Assembly: GCF_009914755.1 (NCBI RefSeq)
Contig: NC_060939.1
DNA: 64,000 nucleotides
Origin: the human T2T-CHM13v2.0 reference genome, Homo sapiens
Strand: one strand, 5' to 3'
Below are positions 12,140 through 27,100 of the stretch, in pieces. Numbering within the stretch: the first letter of the stretch is position 1; each line of letters starts with the position of its first letter. Position numbers and translations under genes: made by a program. The notes beneath the pieces are model-generated. The model was not told the origin of the DNA. It ran no database searches and saw only the letters and a program-made list of their open reading frames with translations.

Positions 12140-15100
12140 GTGCATTCCATTCCTTTCCATTTCTTTCCATTCTGTACGATTCCTACCGTTCGATTTCATT
12201 TTGTTCCAGTCCATTCCTTTCGCGTCCATTCCATTCCATTTCACTCCATTCGATTCCATTCCACTCGATTCCACTTCGTTCCATTTCATTGCATTCCATT
12301 CTATTCAACTCTATTGCCTTCCATTCCATTCCATTCGATTACATTCCATGCGATTCCATTCGAAATCGAATCAATTACATTGCAATCCATTACTATTGAG
12401 TCCGTTTTATTCCAGTCCACTGCATTCTGGTCCATTCCATTTGATTCCATTCCATTCTATTCCATTCCATACAGTTGCATTCCATTGGATTCCATGCTAT
12501 ATCTATAAATTCAATTCGAGACCATTGCTTTTGAGTCCATTCTATATGATTCCATTCCATTCAAGTCCATTACATTTGGTTCAATTCCATTCCATTCCAT
12601 TCCCTTCCATTCCATTCCATTTGATATCAATCCATTCGATTCCATTCCATTCGAGCACATTCCATTCGAGTCCATTCCATTCGATGCCATTCCATTTGAT
12701 TCTATTCCATTAGTCTCCATTCAATTCCATTAATCTCCATTCCATTCCATTCTACTCCAACTGATTCCATTCCATTCTATTCCTTTCCATTCCATTTCAT
12801 TCCATTCCATTCCATTTCATTCCATTCCATTCCATTCGTGTCCATTCCACTCCAGTCCATTCCATTCGTGTCCATTCCATTCCAGTCCATTCCATTTGTG
12901 TCCACTGCATTCCATTCCACTCCATTCCATATTATTCCATTACACTCCATTCCATTCTATTACTTTCATTTCCATTCAATTCCATTCCATTTGATTCCAT
13001 TCCACTCGGTTTCATTCCATTTGAGTCCACTCCATTCCATTCCATTCCATTCCATTCAGTTCCATTCCATTCTGTTCCATTCCATTCCCTTCCATTACAT
13101 TCCATTCCATTCGGTACCATTCCATATTGTTCCATTCGATTCCATTCGAATCCATTCCATTCCAGTCCATTCCATTCGATTCCATTCCATTCATTTCAAT
13201 TCCATTCCATTCCATTCCATTACATTCCACTTGATTCCTCTCCATTCCCTTCCACTGCATTCCGTTCGATTCCATTCCATTGCATTGCATTCCATTCCAT
13301 TGGATTGCATTCCATTCGATTCCATTCCATTCGAATCAATTACATAGCAATCCATTACATTCGAGTCTATTCTCTTCCGTTCCATTCGATTTCGTTCCAA
13401 TCCATTCGATTCCATTCCATTCGATTCCATTCCATGCTATTGCATTCCATTCTATTACATTATATTCGAATAAGTTCCATTCAAGACCATTTCTTTTGAG
13501 TCCATTCTATTTGAGTCCATTCCCTTTGATTCCATAACATTTGAGTCCATTCAATTCCATTCCTTTCGTTTCCATTCCATTTGATGCCATTCCATTCAAT
13601 TCTGTTCTACTCGACTCCAATACATTCAATTCCATTCCATCCGATTCCATTACATTCTTTTCATTTCTTATCCATTTCAAGCCATTCCACTCCATTCCAT
13701 TCCACTCGTTTCCTTTCCATTCGAGTCCATTCCTCTCCAGTCCATTCCGTTCAATCCATTCCATTCCAGTCCATTCCATTCGAGTCCGTTCCATTCCAGT
13801 CCATTCCATTCGAGTCAATTCCATTCCATTCGATGTCTTTCCATAACGATCCATTCCATTCTATTCCTTTCGATTCCATTCCATTCTATTTCATTCCATT
13901 CGATTCCCTTCCATTGGACTCCTTTCCATTCGAGTGCATTCCATTCCGTTCCATTTCTTTCCGTTCTGTACGATTCCTACCGTTCGATTTCATTTTGTTC
14001 CAGTCCATTCCTTTCGCGTCCATTCCATTCCATTTCACTCCATTCGATTCCATTCCACTCGATTCCACTTCGTTCCATTTCATTGCATTCCATTCTATTC
14101 AACTCTATTGCCTTCCATTCCATTCCATTCGATTACATTCCATGCGATTCCATTCGAAATCGAATCAATTACATTGCAATCCATTACTATTGAGTCCGTT
14201 TTATTCCAGTCCACTGCATTCTGGTCCATTCCATTTGATTCCATTCCATTCTATTCCATTCCATACAGTTGCATTCCATTGGATTCCATGCTATATCTAT
14301 AAATTCAATTCGAGACCATTGCTTTTGAGTCCATTCTATATGATTCCATTCCATTCAAGTCCATTACATTTGGTTCAATTCCATTCCATTCCATTCCCTT
14401 CCATTCCATTCCATTTGATATCAATCCATTCGATTCCATTCCATTCGAGCACATTCCATTCGAGTCCATTCCATTCGAAGCCATTCCATTTGATTCTATT
14501 CCATTAGTCTCCATTCAATTCCATTAATCTCCATTCCATTCCATTCTATTCCAACTGATTCCATTCCACTCTATTCCTTTCCATTCCATTTCATTCCATT
14601 CCATTCCATTTCATTCCATTCCATTCCATTCGTGTCCATTCCACTCCAGTCCATTCCATTCGTGTCCATTCCATTCCAGTCCATTCCATTTGTGTCCACT
14701 GCATTCCATTCCACTCCATTCCATATTATTCCATTACACTCCATTCCATTCTATTACTTTCATTTCCATTCAATTCCATTCCATTTGATTCCATTCCACT
14801 CGGTTTCATTCCATTTGAGTCCACTCCATTCCATTCCATTCCATTCCATTCAGTTCCATTCCATTCTGTTCCATTCCATTCCGTTCCATTACATTCCATT
14901 CCATTCGGTACCATTCCATATTGTTCCATTCGATTCCATTCGAATCCATTCCATTCCAGTCCATTCCATTCGATTCCATTCCATTCATTTCAATTCCATT
15001 CCATTCCATTCCATTACATTCCACTTGATTCCTCTCCATTCCCTTCCACTGCATTCCGTTCGATTCCATTCCATTGCATTGCATTCCATTCCATTGGATT

Positions 15101-18100
15101 GCATTCCATTCGATTCCATTCCATTCGAATCAATTACATAGCAATCCATTACATTCGAGTCTATTCTATTCCGTTCCATTCGATTTCGTTCCAATCCATT
15201 CGATTCCATTCCATTCGATTCCATTCCATACTATTGCATTCCATTCGATTACATTATATTCGAATAAGTTCCATTCAAGACCATTTCTTTTGAGTCCATT
15301 CTATTTGAGTCCATTCCCTTTGATTCCATAACATTTGAGTCCATTCAATTCCATTCCTTTCGTTTCCATTCCATTTGATGCCATTCCATTCAATTCTGTT
15401 CTACTCGACTCCAATACATTCAATTCCATTCCATCCGATTCCATTACATTCTTTTCATTTCTTATCCATTTCAAGCCATTCCACTCCATTCCATTCCAGT
15501 CATTTCCTTTCCATTCGAGTCCATTCCTCTCCAGTCCATTCCGTTCAATCCATTCCATTCCAGTCCATTCCATTCGAGTCCGTTCCATTCCAGTCCATTC
15601 CATTCGAGTCAATTCCATTCCATTCGATGTCTTTCCATAACGATCCATTCCATTCTATTCCTTTCGATTCCATTCCATTCTATTTCATTCCATTCGATTC
15701 CCTTCCATTGGACTCCTTTCCATTCGAGTGCATTCCATTCCGTTCCATTTCTTTCCGTTCTGTACGATTCCTACCGTTCGATTTCATTTTGTTCCAGTCC
15801 ATTCCTTTCGCGTCCATTCCATTCCATTTCACTCCATTCGATTCCATTCCACTCGATTCCACTTCGTTCCATTTCATTGCATTCCATTCTATTCAACTCT
15901 ATTGCCTTCCATTCCATTCCATTCGATTACATTCCATGCGATTCCATTCGAAATCGAATCAATTACATTGCAATCCATTACTATTGAGTCCGTTTTATTC
16001 CAGTCCACTGCATTCTGGTCCATTCCATTTGATTCCATTCCATTCTATTCCATTCCATACAGTTGCATTCCATTGGATTCCATGCTATATCTATAAATTC
16101 AATTCGAGACCATTGCTTTTGAGTCCATTCTATATGATTCCATTCCATTCAAATCCATTACATTTGGTTCAATTCCATTCCATTCCATTCCCTTCCATTC
16201 CATTCCATTTGATATCAATCCATTCGATTCCATTCCATTCGAGCACATTCCATTCGAGTCCATTCCATTCGATGCCATTCCATTTGATTCTATTCCATTA
16301 GTCTCCATTCAATTCCATTAATCTCCATTCCATTCCATTCTACTCCAACGGATTCCATTCCATTCTATTCCTTTCCATTCCATTTCATTCCATTCCATTC
16401 CATTTCATTCCATTCCATTCCATTCGTGTCCATTCCACTCCAGTCCATTCCATTCGTGTCCATTCCATTCCAGTCCATTCCATTTGTGTCCACTGCATTC
16501 CATTCCACTCCATTCCATATTATTCCTTTACACTCCATTCCATTCTATCACTTTCATTTCCATTCAATTCCATTCCATTTGATTCCATTCCACTCGGTTT
16601 CATTCCATTTGAGTCCACTCCATTCCATTCCATTGCATTCCATTCAGTTCCATTCCATTCTGTTCCATTCCATTCCGTTCCATTACATTCCATTCCATTC
16701 GGTACCATTCCATATTGTTCCATTCGATTCCATTCGAATCCATTCCATTCCAGTCCATTCCATTCGATTCCATTCCATTCATTTCAATTCCATTCCATTC
16801 CATTCCATTACATTCCACTTGATTCCTCTCCATTCCCTTCCACTGCATTCCGTTCGATTCCATTCCATTGCATTGCATTCCATTCCATTGGATTGCATTC
16901 CATTCGATTCCATTCCATTCGAATCAATTACATAGCAATCCATTACATTCGAGTCTATTCTCTTCCGTTCCATTCGATTTCGTTCCAATCCATTGGATTC
17001 CATTCCATTCGATTCCATTCCATACTATTGCATTCCATTCTATTACATTATATTCGAATAAGTTCCATTCAAGACCATTTCTTTTGAGTCCATTCTATTT
17101 GAGTCCATTCTCTTTGATTCCATAACATTTGAGTCCATTCAATTCCATTCCTTTCGTTTCCATTCCATTTGATGCCATTCCATTCAATTCTGTTCTACTC
17201 GACTCCAATACACTCAATTCCATTCCATCCGATTCCATTACATTCTTTTCATTTCTTATCCATTTCAAGCCATTCCACTCCATTCCATTCCACTCGTTTC
17301 CTTTCCATTCGAGTCCATTCCTCTCCAGTCCATTCCGTTCAATCCATTCCATTCCAGTCCATTCCATTCGAGTCCGTTCCATTCCAGTCCATTCCATTCG
17401 AGTCAATTCCATCCCATTCGATGTCTTTCCATAACGATCCATTCCATTCTATTCCTTTCGATTCCATTCCATTCTATTTCATTCCATTCGATTCCCTTCC
17501 ATTGGACTCCTTTCCATTCGAGTGCATTCCATTCCTTTCCATTTCTTTCCGTTCTGTACGATTCCTACCATTCGATTTCATTTTGTTCCAGTCCATTCCT
17601 TTCGCGTCCATTCCATTCCATTTCACTCCATTCGATTCCATTCCACTCGATTCCACTTCGTTCCATTTCATTGCATTCCATTCTATTCAACTCTATTGCC
17701 TTCCATTCCATTCCATTCGATTACATTCCATGCGATTCCATTCGAAATCGAATCAATTACATTGCAATCCATTACTATTGAGTCCGTTTTATTCCAGTCC
17801 ACTGCATTCTGGTCCATTCCATTTGATTCCATTCCATTCTATTCCATTCCATACAGTTGCATTCCATTGGATTCCATGCTATATCTATAAATTCAATTCG
17901 AGACCATTGCTTTTGAGTCCATTCTATATGATTCCATTCCATTCAAGTCCATTACATTTGGTTCAATTCCATTCCATTCCATTCCCTTCCATTCCATTCC
18001 ATTTGATATCAATCCATTCGATTCCATTCCATTCGAGCACATTCCATTCGAGTCCATTCCATTCGATGCCATTCCATTTGATTCTATTCCATTAGTCTCC

Positions 18101-21100
18101 ATTCAATTCCATTAATCTCCATTCCATTCCATTCTACTCCAACTGATTCCATTCCATTCTATTCCTTTCCATTCCATTTCATTCCATTCCATTCCATTTC
18201 ATTCCATTCCATTCCATTCGTGTCCATTCCACTCCAGTCCATTCCATTCGTGTCCATTCCATTCCAGTCCATTCCATTTGTGTCCACTGCATTCCATTCC
18301 ACTCCATTCCATATTATTCCATTACACTCCATTCCATTCTATCACTTTCATTTCCATTCAATTCCATTCCATTTGATTCCATTCCACTCGGTTTCATTCC
18401 ATTTGAGTCCACTCCATTCCATTCCATTGCATTCCATTCAGTTCCATTCCATTCTGTTCCATTCCATTCCGTTCCATTACATTCCATTCCATTCGGTACC
18501 ATTCCATATTGTTCCATTCGATTCCATTCGAATCCATTCCATTCCAGTCCATTCCATTCGATTCCATTCCATTCATTTCAATTCCATTCCATTCCATTCC
18601 ATTACATTCCACTTGATTCCTCTCCATTCCCTTCCACTGCATTCCGTTCGATTCCATTCCATTGCATTGCATTCCATTCCATTGTATTGCATTCCATTCG
18701 ATTCCATTCCATTCGAATCAATTACATAGCAATCCATTACATTCGAGTCTATTCTATTCCGTTCCATTCGATTTCGTTCCAATCCATTCTATTCCATTCC
18801 ATTCGATTCCATTCCATACTATTGCATTCCATTCGATTACATTATATTCGAATAAGTTCCATTCAAGACCATTTCTTTTGAGTCCATTCTATTTGAGTCC
18901 ATTCCCTTTGATTCCATAACATTTGAGTCCATTCAATTCCATTCCTTTCGTTTCCATTCCATTTGATGCCATTCCATTCAATTCTGTTCTACTCGACTCC
19001 AATACACTCAATTCCATTCCATCCGATTCCATTACATTCTTTTCATTTCTTATCCATTTCAAGCCATTCCACTCCATTCCATTCCACTCGTTTCCTTTCC
19101 ATTCGAGTCCATTCCTCTCCAGTCCATTCCGTTCAATCCATTCCATTCCAGTCCATTCCATTCGAGTCCGTTCCATTCCAGTCCATTCCATTCGAGTCAA
19201 TTCCATTCCATTCGATGTCTTTCCATAACGATCCATTCCATTCTATTCCTTTCGATTCCATTCCATTCTATTTCATTCCATTCGATTCCCTTCCATTGGA
19301 CTCCTTTCCATTCGAGTGCATTCCATTCCTTTCCATTTCTTTCCGTTCTGTACGATTCCTACCGTTCGATTTCATTTTGTTCCAGTCCATTCCTTTCGCG
19401 TCCATTCCATTCCATTTCACTCCATTCGATTCCATTCCACTCGATTCCACTTCGTTCCATTTCATTGCATTCCATTCTATTCAACTCTATTGCCTTCCAT
19501 TCCATTCCATTCGATTACATTCCATGCGATTCCATTCGAAATCGAATCAATTACATTGCAATCCATTACTATTGAGTCCGTTTTATTCCAGTCCACTGCA
19601 TTCTGGTCCATTCCATTTGATTCCATTCCATTCTATTCCATTCCATACAGTTGCATTCCATTGGATTCCATGCTATATCTATAAATTCAATTCGAGACCA
19701 TTGCTTTTGAGTCCATTCTATATGATTCCATTCCATTCAAGTCCATTACATTTGGTTCAATTCCATTCCATTCCATTCCCTTCCATTCCATTCCATTTGA
19801 TATCAATCCATTCGATTCCATTCCATTCGAGCACATTCCATTCGAGTCCATTCCATTCGATGCCATTCCATTTGATTCTATTCCATTAGTCTCCATTCAA
19901 TTCCATTAATCTCCATTCCATTCCATTCTACTCCAACTGATTCCATTCCATTCTATTCCTTTCCATTCCATTTCATTCCATTCCATTCCATTTCATTCCA
20001 TTCCATTCCATTCGTGTCCATTGCACTCCAGTCCATTCCATTCGTGTCCATTCCATTCCAGTCCATTCCATTTGTGTCCACTGCATTCCATTCCACTCCA
20101 TTCCATATTATTCCATTACACTCCATTCCATTCTATCTCTTTCATTTCCATTCAATTCCATTCCATTTGATTCCATTCCACTCGGTTTCATTCCATTTGA
20201 GTCCACTCCATTCCATTCCATTGCATTCCATTCAGTTCCATTCCATTCTTTTCCATTCCATTCCGTTCCATTACATTCAATTCCATTCGGTACCATTCCA
20301 TATTGTTCCATTCGATTCCATTCGAATCCATTCCATTCCAGTCCATTCCATTCGATTCCATTCCATTCATTTCAATTCCATTCCATTCCATTCCATTACA
20401 TTCCACTTGATTCCTCTCCATTCCCTTCCACTGCATTCTGTTCGATTCCATTCCATTGCATTGCATTCCATTCCATTGGATTGCATTCCATTCGATTCCA
20501 TTCCATTCGAATCAATTACATAGCAATCCATTACATTCGAGTCTATTCTATTCCGTTCCATTCGATTTCGTTCCAATCCATTCGATTCCATTCCATTCGA
20601 TTCCATTCCATACTATTGCATTCCATTCGATTACATTATATTCGAATAAGTTCCATTCAAGACCATTTCTTTTGAGTCCATTCTATTTGAGTCCATTCCC
20701 TTTGATTCCATAACATTTGAGTCCATTCAATTCCATTCCTTTCGTTTCCATTCCATTTGATGCCATTCCATTCAATTCTGTTCTACTCGACTCCAATACA
20801 CTCAATTCCATTCCATCCGATTCCATTACATTCTTTTCATTTCTCATCCATTTCAAGCCATTCCACTCCATTCCATTCCACTCGTTTCCTTTCCATTCGA
20901 GTCCATTCCTCTCCAGTCCATTCCGTTCAATCCATTCCATTCCATTCCATTCCATTCGAGTCCGTTCCATTCCAGTCCATTCCATTCGAGTCAATTCCAT
21001 TCCATTCGATGTCTTTCCATAACGATCCATTCCATTCTATTCCTTTCGATTCCATTCCATTGTATTTCATTCCATTCGATTCCCTTCCATTGGACTCCTC

Positions 21101-24100
21101 TCCATTCGAGTGCATTCCATTCCTTTCCATTTCTTTCCGTTCTGTACGATTCCTACCGTTCGATTTCATTTTGTTCCAGTCCATTCCTTTCGCGTCCATT
21201 CCATTCCATTTCACTCCATTCGATTCCATTCCACTCGATTCCACTTCGTTCCATTTCATTGCATTCCATTCTATTCAACTCTATTGCCTTCCATTCCATT
21301 CCATTCGATTACATTCCATGCGATTCCATTCGAAATCGAATCAATTACATTGCAATCCATTACTATTGAGTCCGTTTTATTCCAGTCCACTGCATTCTGG
21401 TCCATTCCATTTGATTCCATTCCATTCTATTCCATTCCATACAGTTGCATTCCATTGGATTCCATGCTATATCTATAAATTCAATTCGAGACCATTGCTT
21501 TTGAGTCCATTCTATATGATTCCATTCCATTCAAATCCATTACTTTTGGTTCAATTCCATTCCATTCCATTCCCTTCCATTCCATTCCATTTGATATCAA
21601 TCCATTCGATTCCATTCCATTCGAGCACATTCCATTCGAGACCATTCCATTCGATGCCATTCCATTTGATTCTATTCCATTAGTCTCCATTCAATTCCAT
21701 TAATCTCCATTCCATTCCATTCTACTCCAACTGATTCCATTCCATTCTATTCCTTTCCATTCCATTTCATTCCATTCCATTCCATTTCATTCCATTCCAT
21801 TCCATTCGTGTCCATTCCACTCCAGTCCATTCCATTCGTGTCCATTCCATTCCAGTCCATTCCATTTGTGTCCACTGCATTCCATTCCACTCCATTCCAT
21901 ATTATTCCATTACACTCCATTCCATTCTATCACTTTCATTTCCATTCAATTCCATTCCATTTGATTCCATTCCACTCGGTTTCATTCCATTTGAGTCCAC
22001 TCCATTCCATTCCATTGCATTCCATTCAGTTCCATTCCATTCTGTTCCATTCCATTCCGTTCCATTACATTCCATTCCATTCGGTACCATTCCATATTGT
22101 TCCATTCGATTCCATTCGAATCCATTCCATTCCAGTCCATTCCATTCGATTCCATTCCATTCATTTCAATTCCATTCCATTCCATTCCATTACATTCCAC
22201 TTGATTCCTCTCCATTCCCTTCCACTGCATTCCGTTCGATTCCATTCCATTGCATTGCATTCCATTCCATTGGATTGCATTCCATTCGATTCCATTCCAT
22301 TCGAATCAATTACATAGCAATCCATTGCATTCGAGTCTATTCTCTTCCGTTCCATTCGATTTCGTTCCAATCCATTCGATTCCATTCCATTCGATTCCAT
22401 TCCATACTATTGCATTCCATTCGATTACATTATATTCGAATAAGTTCCATTCAAGACCATTTCTTTTGAGTCCATTCTATTTGAGTCCATTCCCTTTGAT
22501 TCCATAACATTTGAGTCCATTCAATTCCATTCCTTTCGTTTCCATTCCATTTGATGCCATTCCATTCAATTCTGTTCTACTCGACTCCAATACACTCAAT
22601 TCCATTCCATCCGATTCCATTACATTCTTTTCATTTCTTATCCATTTCAAGCCATTCCACTCCATTCCATTCCACTCGTTTCCTTTCCATTCGAGTCCAT
22701 TCCTCTCCAGTCCATTCCGTTCAATCCATTCCATTCCAGTCCATTCCATTCGAGTCCGTTCCATTCCAGTCCATTCCATTCGAGTCAATTCCATTCCATT
22801 CGATGTCTTTCCATAACGATCCATTCCATTCTATTCCTTTCGATTCCATTCCATTCTATTTCATTCCATTCGATTCCCTTCCTTTGGACTCCTTTCCATT
22901 CGAGTGCATTCCATTCCGTTCCATTTCTTTCCGTTCTGTACGATTCCTACCGTTCGATTTCATTTTGTTCCAGTCCATTCCTTTCGCGTCCATTCCATTC
23001 CATTTCACTCCATTCGATTCCATTCCACTCGATTCCACTTCGTTCCATTTCATTGCATTCCATTCTATTCAACTCTATTGCCTTCCATTCCATTCCATTC
23101 GATTACATTCCATGCGATTCCATTCGAAATCGAATCAATTACATTGCAATCCATTACTATTGAGTCCGTTTTATTCCAGTCCACTGCATTCTGGTCCATT
23201 CCATTTGATTCCATTCCATTCTATTCCATTCCATACAGTTGCATTCCATTGGATTCCATGCTATATCTATAAATTCAATTCGAGACCATTGCTTTTGAGT
23301 CCATTCTATATGATTCCATTCCATTCAAATCCATTACATTTGGTTCAATTCCATTCCATTCCATTCCCTTCCATTCCATTCCATTTGATATCAATCCATT
23401 CGATTCCATTCCATTCGAGCACATTCCATTCGAGTCCATTCCATTCGATGCCATTCCATTTGATTCTATTCCATTAGTCTCCATTCAATTCCATTAATCT
23501 CCATTCCATTCCATTCTACTCCAACGGATTCCATTCCATTCTATTCCTTTCCATTCCATTTCATTCCATTCCATTCCATTTCATTCCATTCCATTCCATT
23601 CGTGTCCATTCCACTCCAGTCCATTCCATTCGTGTCCATTCCATTCCAGTCCATTCCATTTGTGTCCACTGCATTCCATTCCACTCCATTCCATATTATT
23701 CCTTTACACTCCATTCCATTCTATCACTTTCATTTCCATTCAATTCCATTCCATTTGATTCCATTCCACTCGGTTTCATTCCATTTGAGTCCACTCCATT
23801 CCATTCCATTGCATTCCATTCAGTTCCATTCCATTCTGTTCCATTCCATTCCGTTCCATTACATTCCATTCCATTCGGTACCATTCCATATTGTTCCATT
23901 CGATTCCATTCGAATCCATTCCATTCCAGTCCATTCCATTCGATTCCATTCCATTCATTTCAATTCCATTCCATTCCATTCCATTACATTCCACTTGATT
24001 CCTCTCCATTCCCTTCCACTGCATTCCGTTCGATTCCATTCCATTGCATTGCATTCCATTCCATTGGATTGCATTCCATTCGATTCCATTCCATTCGAAT

Positions 24101-27100
24101 CAATTACATAGCAATCCATTACATTCGAGTCTATTCTATTCCGTTCCATTCGATTTCGTTCCAATCCATTCGATTCCATTCCATTCGATTCCATTCCATA
24201 CTATTGCATTCCATTCGATTACATTATATTCGAATAAGTTCCATTCAAGACCATTTCTTTTGAGTCCATTCTATTTGAGTCCATTCCCTTTGATTCCATA
24301 ACATTTGAGTCCATTCAATTCCATTCCTTTCGTTTCCATTCCATTTGATGCCATTCCATTCAATTCTGTTCTACTCGACTCCAATACATTCAATTCCATT
24401 CCATCCGATTCCATTACATTCTTTTCATTTCTTATCCATTTCAAGCCATTCCACTCCATTCCATTCCACTCGTTTCCTTTCCATTCGAGTCCATTCCTCT
24501 CCAGTCCATTCCATTCAATCCATTCCATTTCAGTCCATTCCATTCGAGTCCGTTCCATTCCAGTCCATTCCATTCGAGTCAATTCCATTCCATTCGATGT
24601 CTTTCCATAACGATCCATTCCATTCTATTCCTTTCGATTCCATTCCATTCTATTTCATTCCATTCGATTCCCTTCCATTGGACTCCTTTCCATTCGAGTG
24701 CATTCCATTCCGTTCCATTTCTTTCCGTTCTGTACGATTCCTACCGTTTGATTTCATTTTGTTCCAGTCCATTCCTTTCGCGTCCATTCCATTCCATTTC
24801 ACTCCATTCGATTCCATTCCACTCGATTCCACTTCGTTCCATTTCATTGCATTCCATTCTATTCAACTCTATTGCCTTCCATTCCATTCCATTCGATTAC
24901 ATTCCATGCGATTCCATTCGAAATCGAATCAATTACATTGCAATCCATTACTATTGAGTCCGTTTTATTCCAGTCCACTGCATTCTGGTCCATTCCATTT
25001 GATTCCATTCCATTCTATTCCATTCCATACAGTTGCATTCCATTGGATTCCATGCTATATCTATAAATTCAATTCGAGACCATTGCTTTTGAGTCCATTC
25101 TATATGATTCCATTCCATTCAAATCCATTACTTTTGGTTCAATTCCATTCCATTCCATTCCCTTCCATTCCATTCCATTTGATATCAATCCATTCGATTC
25201 CATTCCATTCGAGCACATTCCATTCGAGACCATTCCATTCGATGCCATTCCATTTGATTCTATTCCATTAGTCTCCATTCAATTCCATTAATCTCCATTC
25301 CATTCCATTCTACTCCAACTGATTCCATTCCATTCTATTCCTTTCCATTCCATTTCATTCCATTCCATTCCATTTCATTCCATTCCATTCCATTCGTGTC
25401 CATTCCACTCCAGTCCATTCCATTCGTGTCCATTCCATTCCAGTCCATTCCATTTGTGTCCACTGCATTCCATTCCACTCCATTCCATATTATTCCATTA
25501 CACTCCATTCCATTCTATTACTTTCATTTCCATTCAATTCCATTCCATTTGATTCCATTCCACTCGGTTTCATTCCATTTGAGTCCACTCCATTCCATTC
25601 CATTCCATTCCATTCAGTTCCATTCCATTCTGTTCCATTCCATTCCCTTCCATTACATTCCATTCCATTCGGTACCATTCCATATTGTTCCATTCGATTC
25701 CATTCGAATCCATTCCATTCCAGTCCATTCCATTCGATTCCATTCCATTCATTTCAATTCCATTCCATTCCATTCCATTACATTCCACTTGATTCCTCTC
25801 CATTCCCTTCCACTGCATTCCGTTCGATTCCATTCCATTGCATTGCATTCCATTCCATTGGATTGCATTCCATTCGATTCCATTCCATTCGAATCAATTA
25901 CATAGCAATCCATTACATTCGAGTCTATTCTCTTCCGTTCCATTCGATTTCGTTCCAATCCATTCGATTCCATTCCATTCGATTCCATTCCATGCTATTG
26001 CATTCCATTCTATTACATTATATTCGAATAAGTTCCATTCAAGACCATTTCTTTTGAGTCCATTCTATTTGAGTCCATTCCCTTTGATTCCATAACATTT
26101 GAGTCCATTCAATTCCATTCCTTTCGTTTCCATTCCATTTGATGCCATTCCATTCAATTCTGTTCTACTCGACTCCAATACATTCAATTCCATTCCATCC
26201 GATTCCATTACATTCTTTTCATTTCTTATCCATTTCAAGCCATTCCACTCCATTCCATTCCACTCGTTTCCTTTCCATTCGAGTCCATTCCTCTCCAGTC
26301 CATTCCGTTCAATCCATTCCATTCCAGTCCATTCCATTCGAGTCCGTTCCATTCCAGTCCATTCCATTCGAGTCAATTCCATTCCATTCGATGTCTTTCC
26401 ATAACGATCCATTCCATTCTATTCCTTTCGATTCCATTCCATTCTATTTCATTCCATTCGATTCCCTTCCATTGGACTCCTTTCCATTCGAGTGCATTCC
26501 ATTCCGTTCCATTTCTTTCCGTTCTGTACGATTCCTACCGTTCGATTTCATTTTGTTCCAGTCCATTCCTTTCGCGTCCATTCCATTCCATTTCACTCCA
26601 TTCGATTCCATTCCACTCGATTCCACTTCGTTCCATTTCATTGCATTCCATTCTATTCAACTCTATTGCCTTCCATTCCATTCCATTCGATTACATTCCA
26701 TGCGATTCCATTCGAAATCGAATCAATTACATTGCAATCCATTACTATTGAGTCCGTTTTATTCCAGTCCACTGCATTCTGGTCCATTCCATTTGATTCC
26801 ATTCCATTCTATTCCATTCCATACAGTTGCATTCCATTGGATTCCATGCTATATCTATAAATTCAATTCGAGACCATTGCTTTTGAGTCCATTCTATATG
26901 ATTCCATTCCATTCAAATCCATTACATTTGGTTCAATTCCATTCCATTCCATTCCCTTCCATTCCATTCCATTTGATATCAATCCATTCGATTCCATTCC
27001 ATTCGAGCACATTCCATTCGAGTCCATTCCATTCGATGCCATTCCATTTGATTCTATTCCATTAGTCTCCATTCAATTCCATTAATCTCCATTCCATTCC

